Program-made: the position numbers and the translations under genes | Shown: positions 37,129-46,218 of the stretch, piece after piece | Numbering within the stretch: the stretch's first letter is position 1 | Layout: every line of letters starts with the position of its first letter | Notes under the pieces: model-generated | The model's database searches: none | Seen by the model: only the letters and a program-made list of their open reading frames with translations | What the model was told of the DNA's origin: nothing | Origin: Candidatus Giovannonibacteria bacterium RIFCSPHIGHO2_01_FULL_45_24 | Lineage (GTDB): Bacteria; Patescibacteriota; Minisyncoccia; UBA11713; 2-01-FULL-45-33 | Reading direction: 5' to 3' | DNA: 64,000 nucleotides | NCBI GenBank assembly: GCA_001778495.1 | Contig: MFHE01000007.1 | Span: forward strand, 3,996-67,995

Positions 37129-37341
37129 TTATAACCTTTTCACAATCCGTCCCAGGGATTCGTCGTAGGGACTGAATTCAACCAAAACGCGGTCACCGAC
37201 CAGCACTTTGATGTAATGGACGCGCATCTTGCCCGACAGATGCCCGATAACCTCCTTGCCGTCTCCCAACAAAATACGGAACGTCGCCGAAGGCAACGCT
37301 TCAATAACCTGCCCTTCCTTTATAAGCGTGTCTTTAGACAC
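37129..37341 (-). CDS. infA: Translation initiation factor IF-1
   Basis: 70 aa. [17 protein letters not shown]...[27 protein letters not shown] start. Confidence 0.95.
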   Translation of the reverse strand: MSKDTLIKEGQVIEALPSATFRILLGDGKEVIGHLSGKMRVHYIKVLVGDRVLVEFSPYDESLGRIVKRL

Positions 37342-37354
37342 TGTATGCCCTATA

Positions 37355-38671
37355 TTAACTTCCCTTTAAAACAATGTCAATACGGCTTGGGTCGGAGGGG
37401 GTTTTACGCCACCAAAAGGGCTTAAAACGCACCTCCGCTCCGGATATTGAGGGCAGAGAGGAAATCCTGGAAATCGCGCCTCTGGCGCCGAATTCCAAAA
37501 CCGCGCTTTTTAGCGTCTCCGCATCCACGACCGCCTCAATCTCCACCGTGCCGCGGACTGCCAGTGTAAAACTGCGCGCGCCGAACTTATAGCCGATTAA
37601 TTTCATCGGCAGTTTGTCCAGATTTTTTATGCGCGCCGCAGCGCCTCCCAGCGCCGCAAGCTCCGGCAAATCTTTTAAAAGCGCTTCCTCTAAAGCGCGC
37701 ATTTCAACGCTTGCCCCCCTAATCTCCCCTTCCGCGCTGAAATCAAATTTTTCCGCTGGCGAGCCCGGGGGAGGGACCGAGCTCTCTTTAGTGGTGACAT
37801 ACTCAACCGACTCTGTGATCAAAAATTCTTCTTTGGGTATTCTTCTGGAAATCAGCTCAGGCGCCGCTGCGCGCGCGCGCAGCATAAGCGCCGTCAGAGC
37901 GGCATCCGCGTCCGATTTGCCAACTATAATTTGTTCCCCGCTCGCACCGCCGGATATCTCGGTTTTTGACCTTGCGAAAACAAGTTCGTATTTTGGAGAA
38001 CCTTTCAGTCCCGGTAAAGTGAAATCTGATAGTCCGAGATTATATTCCACACCCGGCTTGTCCGCGACGACCGTCACGTCCAGCACTCCCGGCGTCGTTT
38101 TCCCGCCTTGGGTTTTGGCTCCGGACACGACTATGGTTTTGGGAATCCGGTAAACTTTGCCGTCGGGCGCTTCAAGGCGCGTGGAGGCGATGAGAACCTG
38201 TGGGGTTTTCGATTTATTGAAAACAGCGACTATGCCTTGGGCTTTTTGGTCCTGCAATTTCTTTCCCGTGGCGTTGAATAGCCCGTTCTCCCCGTGTGGC
38301 AGCGTGAGCGTCCTGAAAATCAAAAAGCCGTCCGCCTTGCCGTCGGGTAAGCCGGCCTCTGATTTGCTCAATGGTAAAGTTTTATCCATTTGAATAGACA
38401 ATGCTTTCGGGATTACTGTCACCTCAACTTTCCCGAAAACCGCGCTTAAAGCGATAGCCAATGCAAGTAGCGCCAAAATCGCGAAAATAAACCTGCCCTT
38501 GCGTGCCGCTCCAGGGTAGCGCTTGGGGGGTTTAATTGTCGGCGGCGGCTCTTTAAAAAACTGAGAGGTGATTTCTTGTTTCGGCGCGATCACAACATCC
38601 GAAATCACACGCTTGCCGCTTGACGGAATAATGTCCACGAAACTCTCTTTAGTTTGTCTTGGCATCAACAA
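37355..38671 (-). CDS. Hypothetical single-pass membrane protein with large extracytoplasmic domain
   Basis: 438 aa. TM helix [20 protein letters not shown]. Overlaps the upstream actin-fold ATPase gene by 23 nt. No family recognised. Confidence 0.6.
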   Translation of the reverse strand: MLMPRQTKESFVDIIPSSGKRVISDVVIAPKQEITSQFFKEPPPTIKPPKRYPGAARKGRFIFAILALLALAIALSAVFGKVEVTVIPKALSIQMDKTLPLSKSEAGLPDGKADGFLIFRTLTLPHGENGLFNATGKKLQDQKAQGIVAVFNKSKTPQVLIASTRLEAPDGKVYRIPKTIVVSGAKTQGGKTTPGVLDVTVVADKPGVEYNLGLSDFTLPGLKGSPKYELVFARSKTEISGGASGEQIIVGKSDADAALTALMLRARAAAPELISRRIPKEEFLITESVEYVTTKESSVPPPGSPAEKFDFSAEGEIRGASVEMRALEEALLKDLPELAALGGAAARIKNLDKLPMKLIGYKFGARSFTLAVRGTVEIEAVVDAETLKSAVLEFGARGAISRISSLPSISGAEVRFKPFWWRKTPSDPSRIDIVLKGS

Positions 38672-39818
38672 AAATGCTTAGAGCCGCTAAAATAATGTCG
38701 CCCCCGCCGGAGAGCGCGCCAGCAGGGTCCAAAAAATCGCTGAACGCCTCCGCGCGCAGGGGTTCCACGGACACCTCCGCACCGTAATCCTTTTTAAAAC
38801 CATCTTTTAGAAAAACGGAGAAAACGGAGAAGTCGGCCCCGCCCCCGGAAAGCAATATTTTTTTAAACGCCGCCGGCGCGCTTATGGAATTTTTAATGCT
38901 TGCCCACCAATCAAAAAGCGCCGCGGACAAAATCCTATCCACCTTCATTTTCAAACGCTCATCCAGCGCGCCGGCGGTGTACTTGCGCAAAATCGGCTCA
39001 ACCTCCTCTTGCCCAATTTTGAGCGCCGCTCCTGTGCGCCTGGCGAGGGTCCTTATGCCGAAAGCGGCGGCGCCCATATGTTCAATCAGGTTTTTGTTAG
39101 CCACAAACACCCCAGTCACTTCTCCGCCGATATCTATAACCAAAACGGGGTCGGATAAATTCTCCGTGGATTTTAGAAGTTTCCACAAAGCCCAGGTATC
39201 CGAAGAAAAAGAAATCGCGCTCCTGGGGAAAAATTTTTCTTTCGCTTCATCTACGTAACTTTTCAAAGTTGCGCTCACCAAAGTAAAAATGGCCTCGGCT
39301 TCAAACGTCTTGCCCTTATACCCCACTGCGTCGCCGACATCGTATCCGTTCACCCGCATGGCAAGAATATTTCGGCCGACTGGCGCAAGCCGCTTATTTA
39401 GCGCCAAAACGTCCTCGCTTAAAAATTTTCCGACGGCGTCAATCTCGGCCTGGCCAATCGGCTTAGACGGGTTTAGGCGCACTTCTTCCCTCCGCGTTTT
39501 CTTATCCAAAAAAAACGGCTCGGAAAGCGCGATTAAAATAACATCAGCGTGACGGGAAACGGCGTAAGCGTCTTTAAAAACTTTCATGAAGCCATCCTTT
39601 AAAATATAAGGGAGCTTGCCAGCGTCCGCGGAAAGCTGGTAGCCCAAAAGATTTAAGGGGCACTTCAAAACCTTCTTAACCTCACAGAGCCCGGCTGGCG
39701 CATCCGAGCTGGCTTTTTCATGGCGCTGAACGACCGCCGCCGAAATTGAAGCCGTCCCCAAATCCACCGCCAAGATATGCGTCGTATTTTTTTTGTGCCC
39801 AAAAATCCACGAAAGCAT
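38649..39818 (-). CDS. Actin-fold ATPase, FtsA/PilM-like
   Basis: ILAVDLGTASISAAVV (phosphate-1), VLVIDIGGEVTGV (phosphate-2) and ILLSGGGADFS (adenosine). Start set at the internal ATG (MLSWIFG), which lies 6 nt downstream of TGTTATAAT. Confidence 0.7.
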   Translation of the reverse strand: MLSWIFGHKKNTTHILAVDLGTASISAAVVQRHEKASSDAPAGLCEVKKVLKCPLNLLGYQLSADAGKLPYILKDGFMKVFKDAYAVSRHADVILIALSEPFFLDKKTRREEVRLNPSKPIGQAEIDAVGKFLSEDVLALNKRLAPVGRNILAMRVNGYDVGDAVGYKGKTFEAEAIFTLVSATLKSYVDEAKEKFFPRSAISFSSDTWALWKLLKSTENLSDPVLVIDIGGEVTGVFVANKNLIEHMGAAAFGIRTLARRTGAALKIGQEEVEPILRKYTAGALDERLKMKVDRILSAALFDWWASIKNSISAPAAFKKILLSGGGADFSVFSVFLKDGFKKDYGAEVSVEPLRAEAFSDFLDPAGALSGGGDIILAALSIFVDAKTN

Positions 39819-39872
39819 AAAAATATTATAACACGCTCTGGACAAGATTTTAAGCAACTGCTAATTACTGCA

Positions 39873-39904
39873 TAACACTTTCTTCCGATCGAGCAAAAAT
39901 GTTA
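39873..39904. promoter_or_regulatory. Operator-like palindrome S3 (TAACA-N8-CGATCG-N8-TGTTA)
   Basis: taacactttcttcCGATCGagcaaaaatgtta. It sits 2 nt after the stop of the PaaX-like gene and is 30/32 identical to S4. Confidence 0.6.
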
Positions 39905-39906
39905 CA

Positions 39907-40428
39907 TTAAATTTTGGCATTTTCTATCTTATTGGTTTCAAAAATTATACAGTGTTTAAGAATCCCGGTTTCTTCCCACAAATCAGTAAACTCCTGTGGC
40001 AAATGATGTGGGTATGCCCAGACGCTTTTTTGAAGTTGTTTAAAACCGAAATTGATTAATTCCCGCCGCAGGAGATCTCGCTTGCCGCGCAATTTCTCTG
40101 GAACATCAAAAACAATAATACGCCATTTTCCATCCCATGGTTTGGATTTAGTCATTTCCAATTTTAGCATAATTTTTTCTGCTTCCTTTTCGCCTTCTTC
40201 GGTTAGCGTGAAAAAAATTTGTCTCCCCCTGCGTTCCATTTGAATTAAATTCCGTTTTTTTAAGCGATTCGCGGCTATCCTCACAAATTCCGGTCTAAGC
40301 TGATTCCTTATTCTGCTGTATTCCATCAGTATTTCAAACGGGCAATCTACCGTCTTCTTCAATGCCAAAAGCACCAATTCTGCCGCTGATGGTTTACGTA
40401 CGCCATTTAGAATTATTTTTTTAGACAT
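39907..40428 (-). CDS. wHTH + Cas2-like (PaaX-like) regulator, paralog 2
   Basis: 173 aa. wHTH-like LKKRNLIQMERRGRQIFFTLTEEG, and WDGKWRIIVFDVPEKLRGKRDLLRRELINFGFKQLQKSVWAYP. Confidence 0.7.
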   Translation of the reverse strand: MSKKIILNGVRKPSAAELVLLALKKTVDCPFEILMEYSRIRNQLRPEFVRIAANRLKKRNLIQMERRGRQIFFTLTEEGEKEAEKIMLKLEMTKSKPWDGKWRIIVFDVPEKLRGKRDLLRRELINFGFKQLQKSVWAYPHHLPQEFTDLWEETGILKHCIIFETNKIENAKI

Positions 40429-40443
40429 ATATTACACTCAATA

Positions 40444-40475
40444 TAACACTTCCTTCCGATCGAGCAAAATTGTTA
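40444..40475. promoter_or_regulatory. Operator-like palindrome S4 (TAACA-N8-CGATCG-N8-TGTTA) overlapping the promoter of the PaaX-like gene
   Basis: taacacttccttcCGATCGagcaaaattgtta. On the minus strand this reads TTGCTC-N16-(TGt)TATATT, ending 11 nt before the ATG at 40428. Confidence 0.6.
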
Positions 40476-40501
40476 TGTTTGTGATTATTACGTTATCACG
40501 T

Positions 40502-42220
40502 TTATGACATAACGATCGCGCGGAGGCGGCGGGCGCCAGAACCGATGGCTTCCTGCTTCAATATTTTAAACTGGCCGATTTCGGATGTGTTTTTAACGTG
40601 CGGGCCGCCGCAGAGCTCCCGAGAAAAAATCTCCGGCGGGTCTGCTCTAAAATCGCCCACCGAATAAACTTTAACGTTCTCCGGATATTTTTCCTTAAAA
40701 AAATGTAGCGCTCCGGCCTTTAGGGCTTCTTCGTAAGATATTTCTTTCATCTCAACCTGATATTTTTTGCTAATCGCTAAATTCACCAAGCCCTCAATTT
40801 TTTTAATTTCTTCGTCGGTCAGTTTTCTATCATACGTAAAATCAAATCTTATCCGCTCTGCGGTGATGTCACTGCCGGCCTGCTTTACGCCGTCTCCCAA
40901 AACTTTTCTCAAAGCCGCCTGCAAAAGATGCGTCGCCGTGTGCAATCTTATCACTTTTTTCAATTCTTCTTCATCTTTGGCCTTAAGCTCTCCTGTATCC
41001 AAAAGAAGCCCATGCCCTCCAAATTTTTTCTCCACCCCCGCCCGTGATATTTTTTGATGTTTTTTTATCTCTTCCTCAAACTTATTTCTATTCAATTCGC
41101 TTCCACGCAATCCGCCCACAACATCTTTTATAACCTCAAACGGCAATCCGTATGTTTGGTATAAATCAAAAGCTCGTTTTTCGTCGAGCGCTTGTATATC
41201 TTTTTTCATTTCTTGAATGCCCTTATCTAAGCTCTTCCCGAATTTCGCTCGTTCCTTTTGTATCTCGTCTTGAATGTTATTAGATTTTCTCAACAATTCT
41301 GGATAAAAATCACCATACGAATGAGCCATGTCGTGCAAAAGCGAATCAAAAATATGAGATTTTAAATTATGCGTTGTCTCGATGGCCATCACGCGTCGTA
41401 TTAAGCGCCGCAAAACATAGCCGGCTTCTTTGTTTAATGGCCGCACGCCATCATTAATTAAAAATGTTATGGCTCTTGAATGGTCAACGATAATTCGTTT
41501 TATTTTTTCCGGCAACTCTTTAGGCAAAAGCTCAAAATATTGCGCGAATAAATCCGTTTCAAAAATGTTTTTTTTGCCCTGCGAGACCATCGCGAGGCGT
41601 TCCAGCCCCATGCCTGTGTCCACGCCCGGGGTCTTCAGCTTTTCAAAAGAGCCGTCCGGCTTTTTGTAATATTCGTTAAAAACTATATTCCAGATTTCCA
41701 CGCCGTTTATATAAATCTCCGTGGTCGGCCCGCATGGGCCCTCCGCGCCGGTCGGTCCCCAAAAATTGTCCTCGCGCCCGGCTTTTCTTATGTCCTTAAT
41801 GCCTAATCTACGCCAAATCTCCTCGGATTCCTTATCTGGTTCAATATCGCCTTTTTCGTTTAAAACAGTAACATAATCAATTTTAAGCCCGATACTCTCC
41901 AAAAATTCTTTAGCGTATTTTATCGCCTTTTCTTTAAAATATCCTCCAAAACTAAAATTCCCGAGCATCTCAAAAAACGTGAGGTGCGACTCGTCCCCCA
42001 CTTCGTCTATGTCGGAGGTGCGAAAGCATTTTTGCACTGAAGCAACGTTGGGCGCGGGCGCAAGCGACGGCTCGGTGTAGTACTTTTTAAACTGCTGCAT
42101 TCCGGCGGTGGTCAAAAGCACTGAAGGGTCGTCGGGGATCAACGAAGAAGATGGGGCGATTTTATGCCCGCGCTTTTTAAAGAAATCAAGAAATTTTTTT
42201 CGTAATTCAGCAGAAGACAT
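40502..42220 (-). CDS. alaS: Alanyl-tRNA synthetase, shortened (no C-Ala domain)
   Basis: 572 aa. LRKKFLDFFKKRGHKIAPSSSLIP, GMGLERL, and editing motifs HTATHLL and CGGPHV. The protein ends just after the editing core. Confidence 0.9.
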   Translation of the reverse strand: MSSAELRKKFLDFFKKRGHKIAPSSSLIPDDPSVLLTTAGMQQFKKYYTEPSLAPAPNVASVQKCFRTSDIDEVGDESHLTFFEMLGNFSFGGYFKEKAIKYAKEFLESIGLKIDYVTVLNEKGDIEPDKESEEIWRRLGIKDIRKAGREDNFWGPTGAEGPCGPTTEIYINGVEIWNIVFNEYYKKPDGSFEKLKTPGVDTGMGLERLAMVSQGKKNIFETDLFAQYFELLPKELPEKIKRIIVDHSRAITFLINDGVRPLNKEAGYVLRRLIRRVMAIETTHNLKSHIFDSLLHDMAHSYGDFYPELLRKSNNIQDEIQKERAKFGKSLDKGIQEMKKDIQALDEKRAFDLYQTYGLPFEVIKDVVGGLRGSELNRNKFEEEIKKHQKISRAGVEKKFGGHGLLLDTGELKAKDEEELKKVIRLHTATHLLQAALRKVLGDGVKQAGSDITAERIRFDFTYDRKLTDEEIKKIEGLVNLAISKKYQVEMKEISYEEALKAGALHFFKEKYPENVKVYSVGDFRADPPEIFSRELCGGPHVKNTSEIGQFKILKQEAIGSGARRLRAIVMS

Positions 42221-42248
42221 AGCGATATTGTAACACCAAAATTTGTAA

Positions 42249-42293
42249 TAAAAAAGCGGCGGACGCTTAAGCTAGCTTAACTTTGCGTCCGCC
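42249..42293 (-). terminator. Hairpin terminator overlapping the stop of the 132-aa orphan
   Basis: GGCGGACGC / GCGTCCGCC, a 9-bp stem enclosing the palindromic TTAAGCTAGCTTAA. A T-run (tttttt) follows on the minus strand. Confidence 0.6.
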
Positions 42294-42665
42294 ACGCGCG
42301 TGCTTCAATCTAGCGATGTTTTCTCCCGCCAGCCGCTTTTCTTTCCAACGCGTGAGATGCTGGCGGAGGTATTGCGGGTCAATACCCCAAACTTCGCAGA
42401 TGTTTTGGAAAGAAAAAAGCCAGCCGGTTTCTTTCTCAAAAATCCATTCCTTGGCATCCAAAAATTCATGCCGCCCCTTAGAACCTTTTGCGCAAAGTAG
42501 ATTCTTCTGGAAACATTCTATGGCGTCTTTCAAAATAGAAAACATCAGCATTCTCTCCCCCTCCCAATCCTTGCCCCTCTGCCTTTCGTAGAAAAGTCCC
42601 TCCAACAGAGCGTCCGGTTCAAAAAGTTCCATAAGTTTTCTCTCCTCCATGCTAAGATTATTCAT
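42267..42665 (-). CDS. Hypothetical 132-aa protein (SD-bearing orphan)
   Basis: Start placed at MNNLSMEE, preceded by AAAGGGGG at 7 nt. No family recognised. Confidence 0.55.
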   Translation of the reverse strand: MNNLSMEERKLMELFEPDALLEGLFYERQRGKDWEGERMLMFSILKDAIECFQKNLLCAKGSKGRHEFLDAKEWIFEKETGWLFSFQNICEVWGIDPQYLRQHLTRWKEKRLAGENIARLKHARGGRKVKLA

Positions 42666-42714
42666 CCCACAGCCCCCTTTCCATCTCAAACCTTAGCATA
42701 AGTGGGAAAAAAAA

Positions 42715-43764
42715 TCAAGCTTTTATTACACCGCCGCCCAAGAGTTCTTCGCCGGAATAAAAAACTGCGGATTGCCCTTGGGCGACACCGCGCTGGGGCG
42801 AGTCAAAAATAATTTTGCCGCCGGAAAACCTGGCGCCTTGCCGGGGCTGGCGGTAACGGACACGAACTTCCATTCTTTCGGGCGGGTTTCCGGAAATAAG
42901 ATTAATCTCACCAATTTTAATCTCGTTCAGATAGAGTGCCGGATTTTCTGCATCGGCGACCACAAGCGTATTCGCGTTCGCATCCCGCTCCGCCACATAG
43001 GCCGGGCGCTCAAGCCCTCCGAGCTTCAGTCCGTGCCGCTGGCCGATGGTGTAAAAGTGCGCGCCGTCGTGCTTGCCAATCTCCTCTCCTGCCGGGTTTA
43101 AAATCGCGCCTTCTTTTCGCGGAAGAATCCTGCGTAAAAATTCCTGAAAATCAACTTTGCCGACAAAGCAAAGCCCTTGCGAATCCTTTTTTGCGGCAGT
43201 CGGTAAGCCAGCTTTTCTTGCCAACTCCCTAACCTCCGACTTTAAATAATCACCTATCGGAAAAAGGCAGTGCCGGAGCTGGTTTTGAGTGAGAGCCCAG
43301 AGAAAATAGGATTGGTCTTTGCTGGGGTCTTTCGCGGCAAATAACTTGGAAGCCGAACTTCCACTTGGAAGTTCGGCTTCCAAGTGCCGGACATAGTGTC
43401 CCGTCGCAATAAAATCCGCCCCTGCTTCCAGCGCGCGTTTCAAAAAAATCCCGAACTTGATTTCCTTATTGCACATCACGTCCGGATTGGGCGTGCGGCT
43501 CTCCGCGTATCCCCGCACCATATAATCAAAAACTTCCTCGCGGTATTCTTTTTTAAAATCCCAAACCAAAAACGGAATGCCGAGCTTCGCCGCCACCCTC
43601 ATCGCATCCCGCTTGTCTTCGTTATTTTCGCAACCTTCCCAGCAGAGCATATGAACGCCAGTGACATCGTATCCTTTTTCTTTCAACAGCAAGGCAGCCA
43701 CAGAAGAATCAACTCCACCGCTCATCGCAACAAAGACTTTTTGTTTCTTATCTGTATTTGACAT
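42715..43764 (-). CDS. mnmA: tRNA 2-thiouridine(34) synthase MnmA
   Basis: 349 aa. PP-loop VFVAMSGGVDSSVAA, and DSQGLCFVG. Confidence 0.95.
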   Translation of the reverse strand: MSNTDKKQKVFVAMSGGVDSSVAALLLKEKGYDVTGVHMLCWEGCENNEDKRDAMRVAAKLGIPFLVWDFKKEYREEVFDYMVRGYAESRTPNPDVMCNKEIKFGIFLKRALEAGADFIATGHYVRHLEAELPSGSSASKLFAAKDPSKDQSYFLWALTQNQLRHCLFPIGDYLKSEVRELARKAGLPTAAKKDSQGLCFVGKVDFQEFLRRILPRKEGAILNPAGEEIGKHDGAHFYTIGQRHGLKLGGLERPAYVAERDANANTLVVADAENPALYLNEIKIGEINLISGNPPERMEVRVRYRQPRQGARFSGGKIIFDSPQRGVAQGQSAVFYSGEELLGGGVIKA

Positions 43765-43783
43765 GCGGTGACATTATAATATA

Positions 43784-44158
43784 ATGGAATTAATGAAGTC
43801 CATAGGCGCAATTTGGCTGATTTTGAGCTTTACCGCCCTCGCTACGTTCGGGTTTTTGGCGATGGATGAAAATATGGCGCACAGAATCTGTTTGGCCTCA
43901 ACTCTGGCCGGCGCATTTTGCCCAGAAAACAACGCTTTCGCGGTCGCATTTTTCCACACGACGGCTTTCAAAAGTTTTTCGCTGGCCTTAATCTTCGCGC
44001 TCCTTCTGGCGGGATATGCAATCTTTTCAATGCTCGCGCCGAAGATTTTTTCTCCCGAAACAAACCTTAGCTTTGTTTTCAATTCGACTGAAACCAAACT
44101 CTCCCCGCTCGCAAAATCCCTAAGAGAGTGGCTGGCGCTCCGCGAAAACAGCCGCTAA
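43784..44158 (+). CDS. Hypothetical small membrane protein
   Basis: 124 aa with two clear hydrophobic helices. First gene of the plus-strand block. Preferred over the antisense 107-aa ORF. Confidence 0.45.
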   Translation: MELMKSIGAIWLILSFTALATFGFLAMDENMAHRICLASTLAGAFCPENNAFAVAFFHTTAFKSFSLALIFALLLAGYAIFSMLAPKIFSPETNLSFVFNSTETKLSPLAKSLREWLALRENSR

Positions 44159-44227
44159 TTTTGCTTTTGTCTTTTCAAAACCCGTTTTGGGCGGGCGCTT
44201 TTTATTCATTTAATTTTCTCTTCTCTT

Positions 44228-44725
44228 ATGCAAAATAAAAATATTATTATGAGTGCTTTGGCCAGCGCGGTTATTCTGGGCGGGATAATTTGGCTAGGCA
44301 ATCTCTCGAAAACACAAAACGCTGGCGGCGATTACGCCGTTGCAGGGGGCAAGCTTGCGGTCGAAGAAACAAATTTTGATTTCGGCAAAATTTCAATGGC
44401 CGCCGGCAATGTCAGGCACGCGTTTAAAATTAAAAACGCCGGCGCGGTGCCGGTAACAGTCAACAAAATATACACTTCCTGCATGTGCACCGCCGCTTCG
44501 CTAAAAACCGCAGCCGGAGAGTGGGGGCCTTTCGGGATGCCCGGGCACGGCCTCACTCCGAAACTGAATATTAAGCTCGCGCCCGGCGCGGAAACAGAAC
44601 TGGAAGCCATCTTTGACCCGGCGGCGCACGGGCCCGCCGGGGTCGGCCAAATTGAACGCGTGATTTATTTAGACACCAGTCACGGCGTGACGGAATTAAA
44701 AATTAAAGCGCTGGTGACGCCCTAA
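44228..44725 (+). CDS. DUF1573-like secreted/anchored protein
   Basis: 165 aa. N-terminal anchor, then FDFGKISMAAGNVRHAFKIKNAGAVPVTVNKIYTSCMCT (the DUF1573 pattern, from memory). Confidence 0.7.
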   Translation: MQNKNIIMSALASAVILGGIIWLGNLSKTQNAGGDYAVAGGKLAVEETNFDFGKISMAAGNVRHAFKIKNAGAVPVTVNKIYTSCMCTAASLKTAAGEWGPFGMPGHGLTPKLNIKLAPGAETELEAIFDPAAHGPAGVGQIERVIYLDTSHGVTELKIKALVTP

Positions 44726-44729
44726 ACTT

Positions 44730-45431
44730 ATGACCGAAATCATCTGGAATTTATCAAACGGCGGGGAGCGGCTTTTCCCTCTCATAGCCGCCTCCGCTAT
44801 TATTGACAGCGTCAATCCCTGCGCTTTTTCCATTTTGCTCCTTACCATCGCGTTTCTTTTTTCCGCAGGGCATCTCCGTTCCAAAATCCTCACTGTCGGA
44901 GGTTTCTACATCGCGGGGATTTTCCTTGTGTATCTCGCGATCGGCCTGGGGCTGCTGCAAGTCCTGCATCTATTCAACACCCCGCATTTTATGGCGAAAA
45001 TCGGCGCCGCCTTTCTAATTATCCTTGGCGTAATCAATATTATAAATTGGTTCTTCCCGAAATTTCCGATTAAATTTAAAATCCCAAACGCTGCTCATCA
45101 TAAAATGTCGGCGCTCATTGAAAAAAGCTCCTTGCCGGCGGCGTTTCTTTTGGGCGCGCTTGTCGGGCTCTGCGAATTTCCATGCACCGGCGGACCTTAC
45201 CTCGCGGCCGTGGGGCTTCTAAACGACAAAGCCACGTATCTTGCCGGAGTCGGCTACTTATTGGCATACAACATTATCTTTATTCTGCCCTTGGCAGCCG
45301 CCTTGCTTCTTGCAAGCAACAAAAATCTCCTGGAGCGCGTACGCACTTGGCAGGAAAGAGAAAAATCCGCCGAAAAAGTGTGGGCGGGGCTGGCGATGGT
45401 GATTCTAGGAATTATTATTTATCTCCTATAA
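44730..45431 (+). CDS. CcdA/DsbD-family transmembrane thiol:disulfide electron transporter
   Basis: 233 aa polytopic membrane protein. Contains DSVNPCAFSILL and CEFPCTGGPYL cysteine motifs. Confidence 0.8.
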   Translation: MTEIIWNLSNGGERLFPLIAASAIIDSVNPCAFSILLLTIAFLFSAGHLRSKILTVGGFYIAGIFLVYLAIGLGLLQVLHLFNTPHFMAKIGAAFLIILGVINIINWFFPKFPIKFKIPNAAHHKMSALIEKSSLPAAFLLGALVGLCEFPCTGGPYLAAVGLLNDKATYLAGVGYLLAYNIIFILPLAAALLLASNKNLLERVRTWQEREKSAEKVWAGLAMVILGIIIYLL

Positions 45432-45439
45432 TTTAAAAT

Positions 45440-45802
45440 ATGCATCTACGAATTTGCCCAATTTGCTCCGCTGTCTCTGGAACATGGCTAATCCTTACGG
45501 CGCTGGTTCTAGCCGGATATCTGCCGTCCGAAACTTTTCTGCCGCTCATCGCGCTTCTTATGGGTGGAACGGTCGTGGGCATTGCTTACCGGTTTGAAAA
45601 ACAAAGGCCGCTCATAATCGGCGCGGGCATGCTGCTTGCTTTTTTGGCGGTGCGCAACATGACTTTTCCCGTGTTTTTGTTGGAACTCGTTGTTGTCGCC
45701 GGGCTTGCGTATTTCCTATTTTTCAGAAAAATTGAAACTGCCGAGCCACAAAACAAAAAGGCGCGTGAATCATTGGAAGAAAAAATGAAACGATGCTGCT
45801 GA
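45440..45802 (+). CDS. Hypothetical membrane protein with N-terminal CPxC and C-terminal CC
   Basis: 120 aa. MHLRICPICSAV..., 3-4 TM helices, and ends in KRCC. Confidence 0.5.
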   Translation: MHLRICPICSAVSGTWLILTALVLAGYLPSETFLPLIALLMGGTVVGIAYRFEKQRPLIIGAGMLLAFLAVRNMTFPVFLLELVVVAGLAYFLFFRKIETAEPQNKKARESLEEKMKRCC

Positions 45803-46218
45803 TATTTTTACTCATTAGTTTCGTGGGGTTCGCCGACGCGGTCTATCTTACGGCCACGCACTACACCGGCGCCAATGTTGCCTGCGGAGTGCTTGAGGGC
45901 TGCGACAAGGTTTTGGCTAGCGCCTATTCAGTATTCGCCGGGCTACCCGTGGCACTTTTGGGCGTGATTTACTACTTGCTGCTCATTACTCTTCTTTTGT
46001 GCTACTTTGCGACAAAGCAAAAAGGGTTCCTATGGGCCGCCGCCGCGTTTACGCCCGTCGGCTTTCTGGCATCAGCATGGTTTTTGTATCTCCAGATATT
46101 CGTCATAAAAACGCTTTGCTTTTATTGCCTGATTTCGGCTATCAGCTCAACCCTGCTCCTTATTATCAGCTTATACATTTTATGGAAACAAAAAACGAAA
46201 ACGACTTTGTTGGCATAG
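45793..46218 (+). CDS. Vitamin K epoxide reductase (VKOR) family protein
   Basis: 141 aa with 4 TM helices. Loop cysteines ACGVLEGC and the active-site CFYC in the last helix. Confidence 0.8.
   Translation: MLLIFLLISFVGFADAVYLTATHYTGANVACGVLEGCDKVLASAYSVFAGLPVALLGVIYYLLLITLLLCYFATKQKGFLWAAAAFTPVGFLASAWFLYLQIFVIKTLCFYCLISAISSTLLLIISLYILWKQKTKTTLLA

Noticed and set aside
43765-43783. A divergent strand switch (mnmA on minus, redox block on plus) considered as a possible replication origin.
   Set aside because: It is only 19 bp long and has no DnaA boxes. Gene orientation switches again several times after 49.7 kb.
43774-44097. A 107-aa minus-strand ORF.
   Set aside because: It competes with the plus-strand 124-aa ORF, which has two clear TM helices and heads the plus-strand operon. 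Neither is certain.
45999-46181. An upstream extension of the 280-aa ORF.
   Set aside because: It overlaps most of the VKOR gene out of frame. The internal ATG at 46182 gives a sensible N-terminus with a TM helix.
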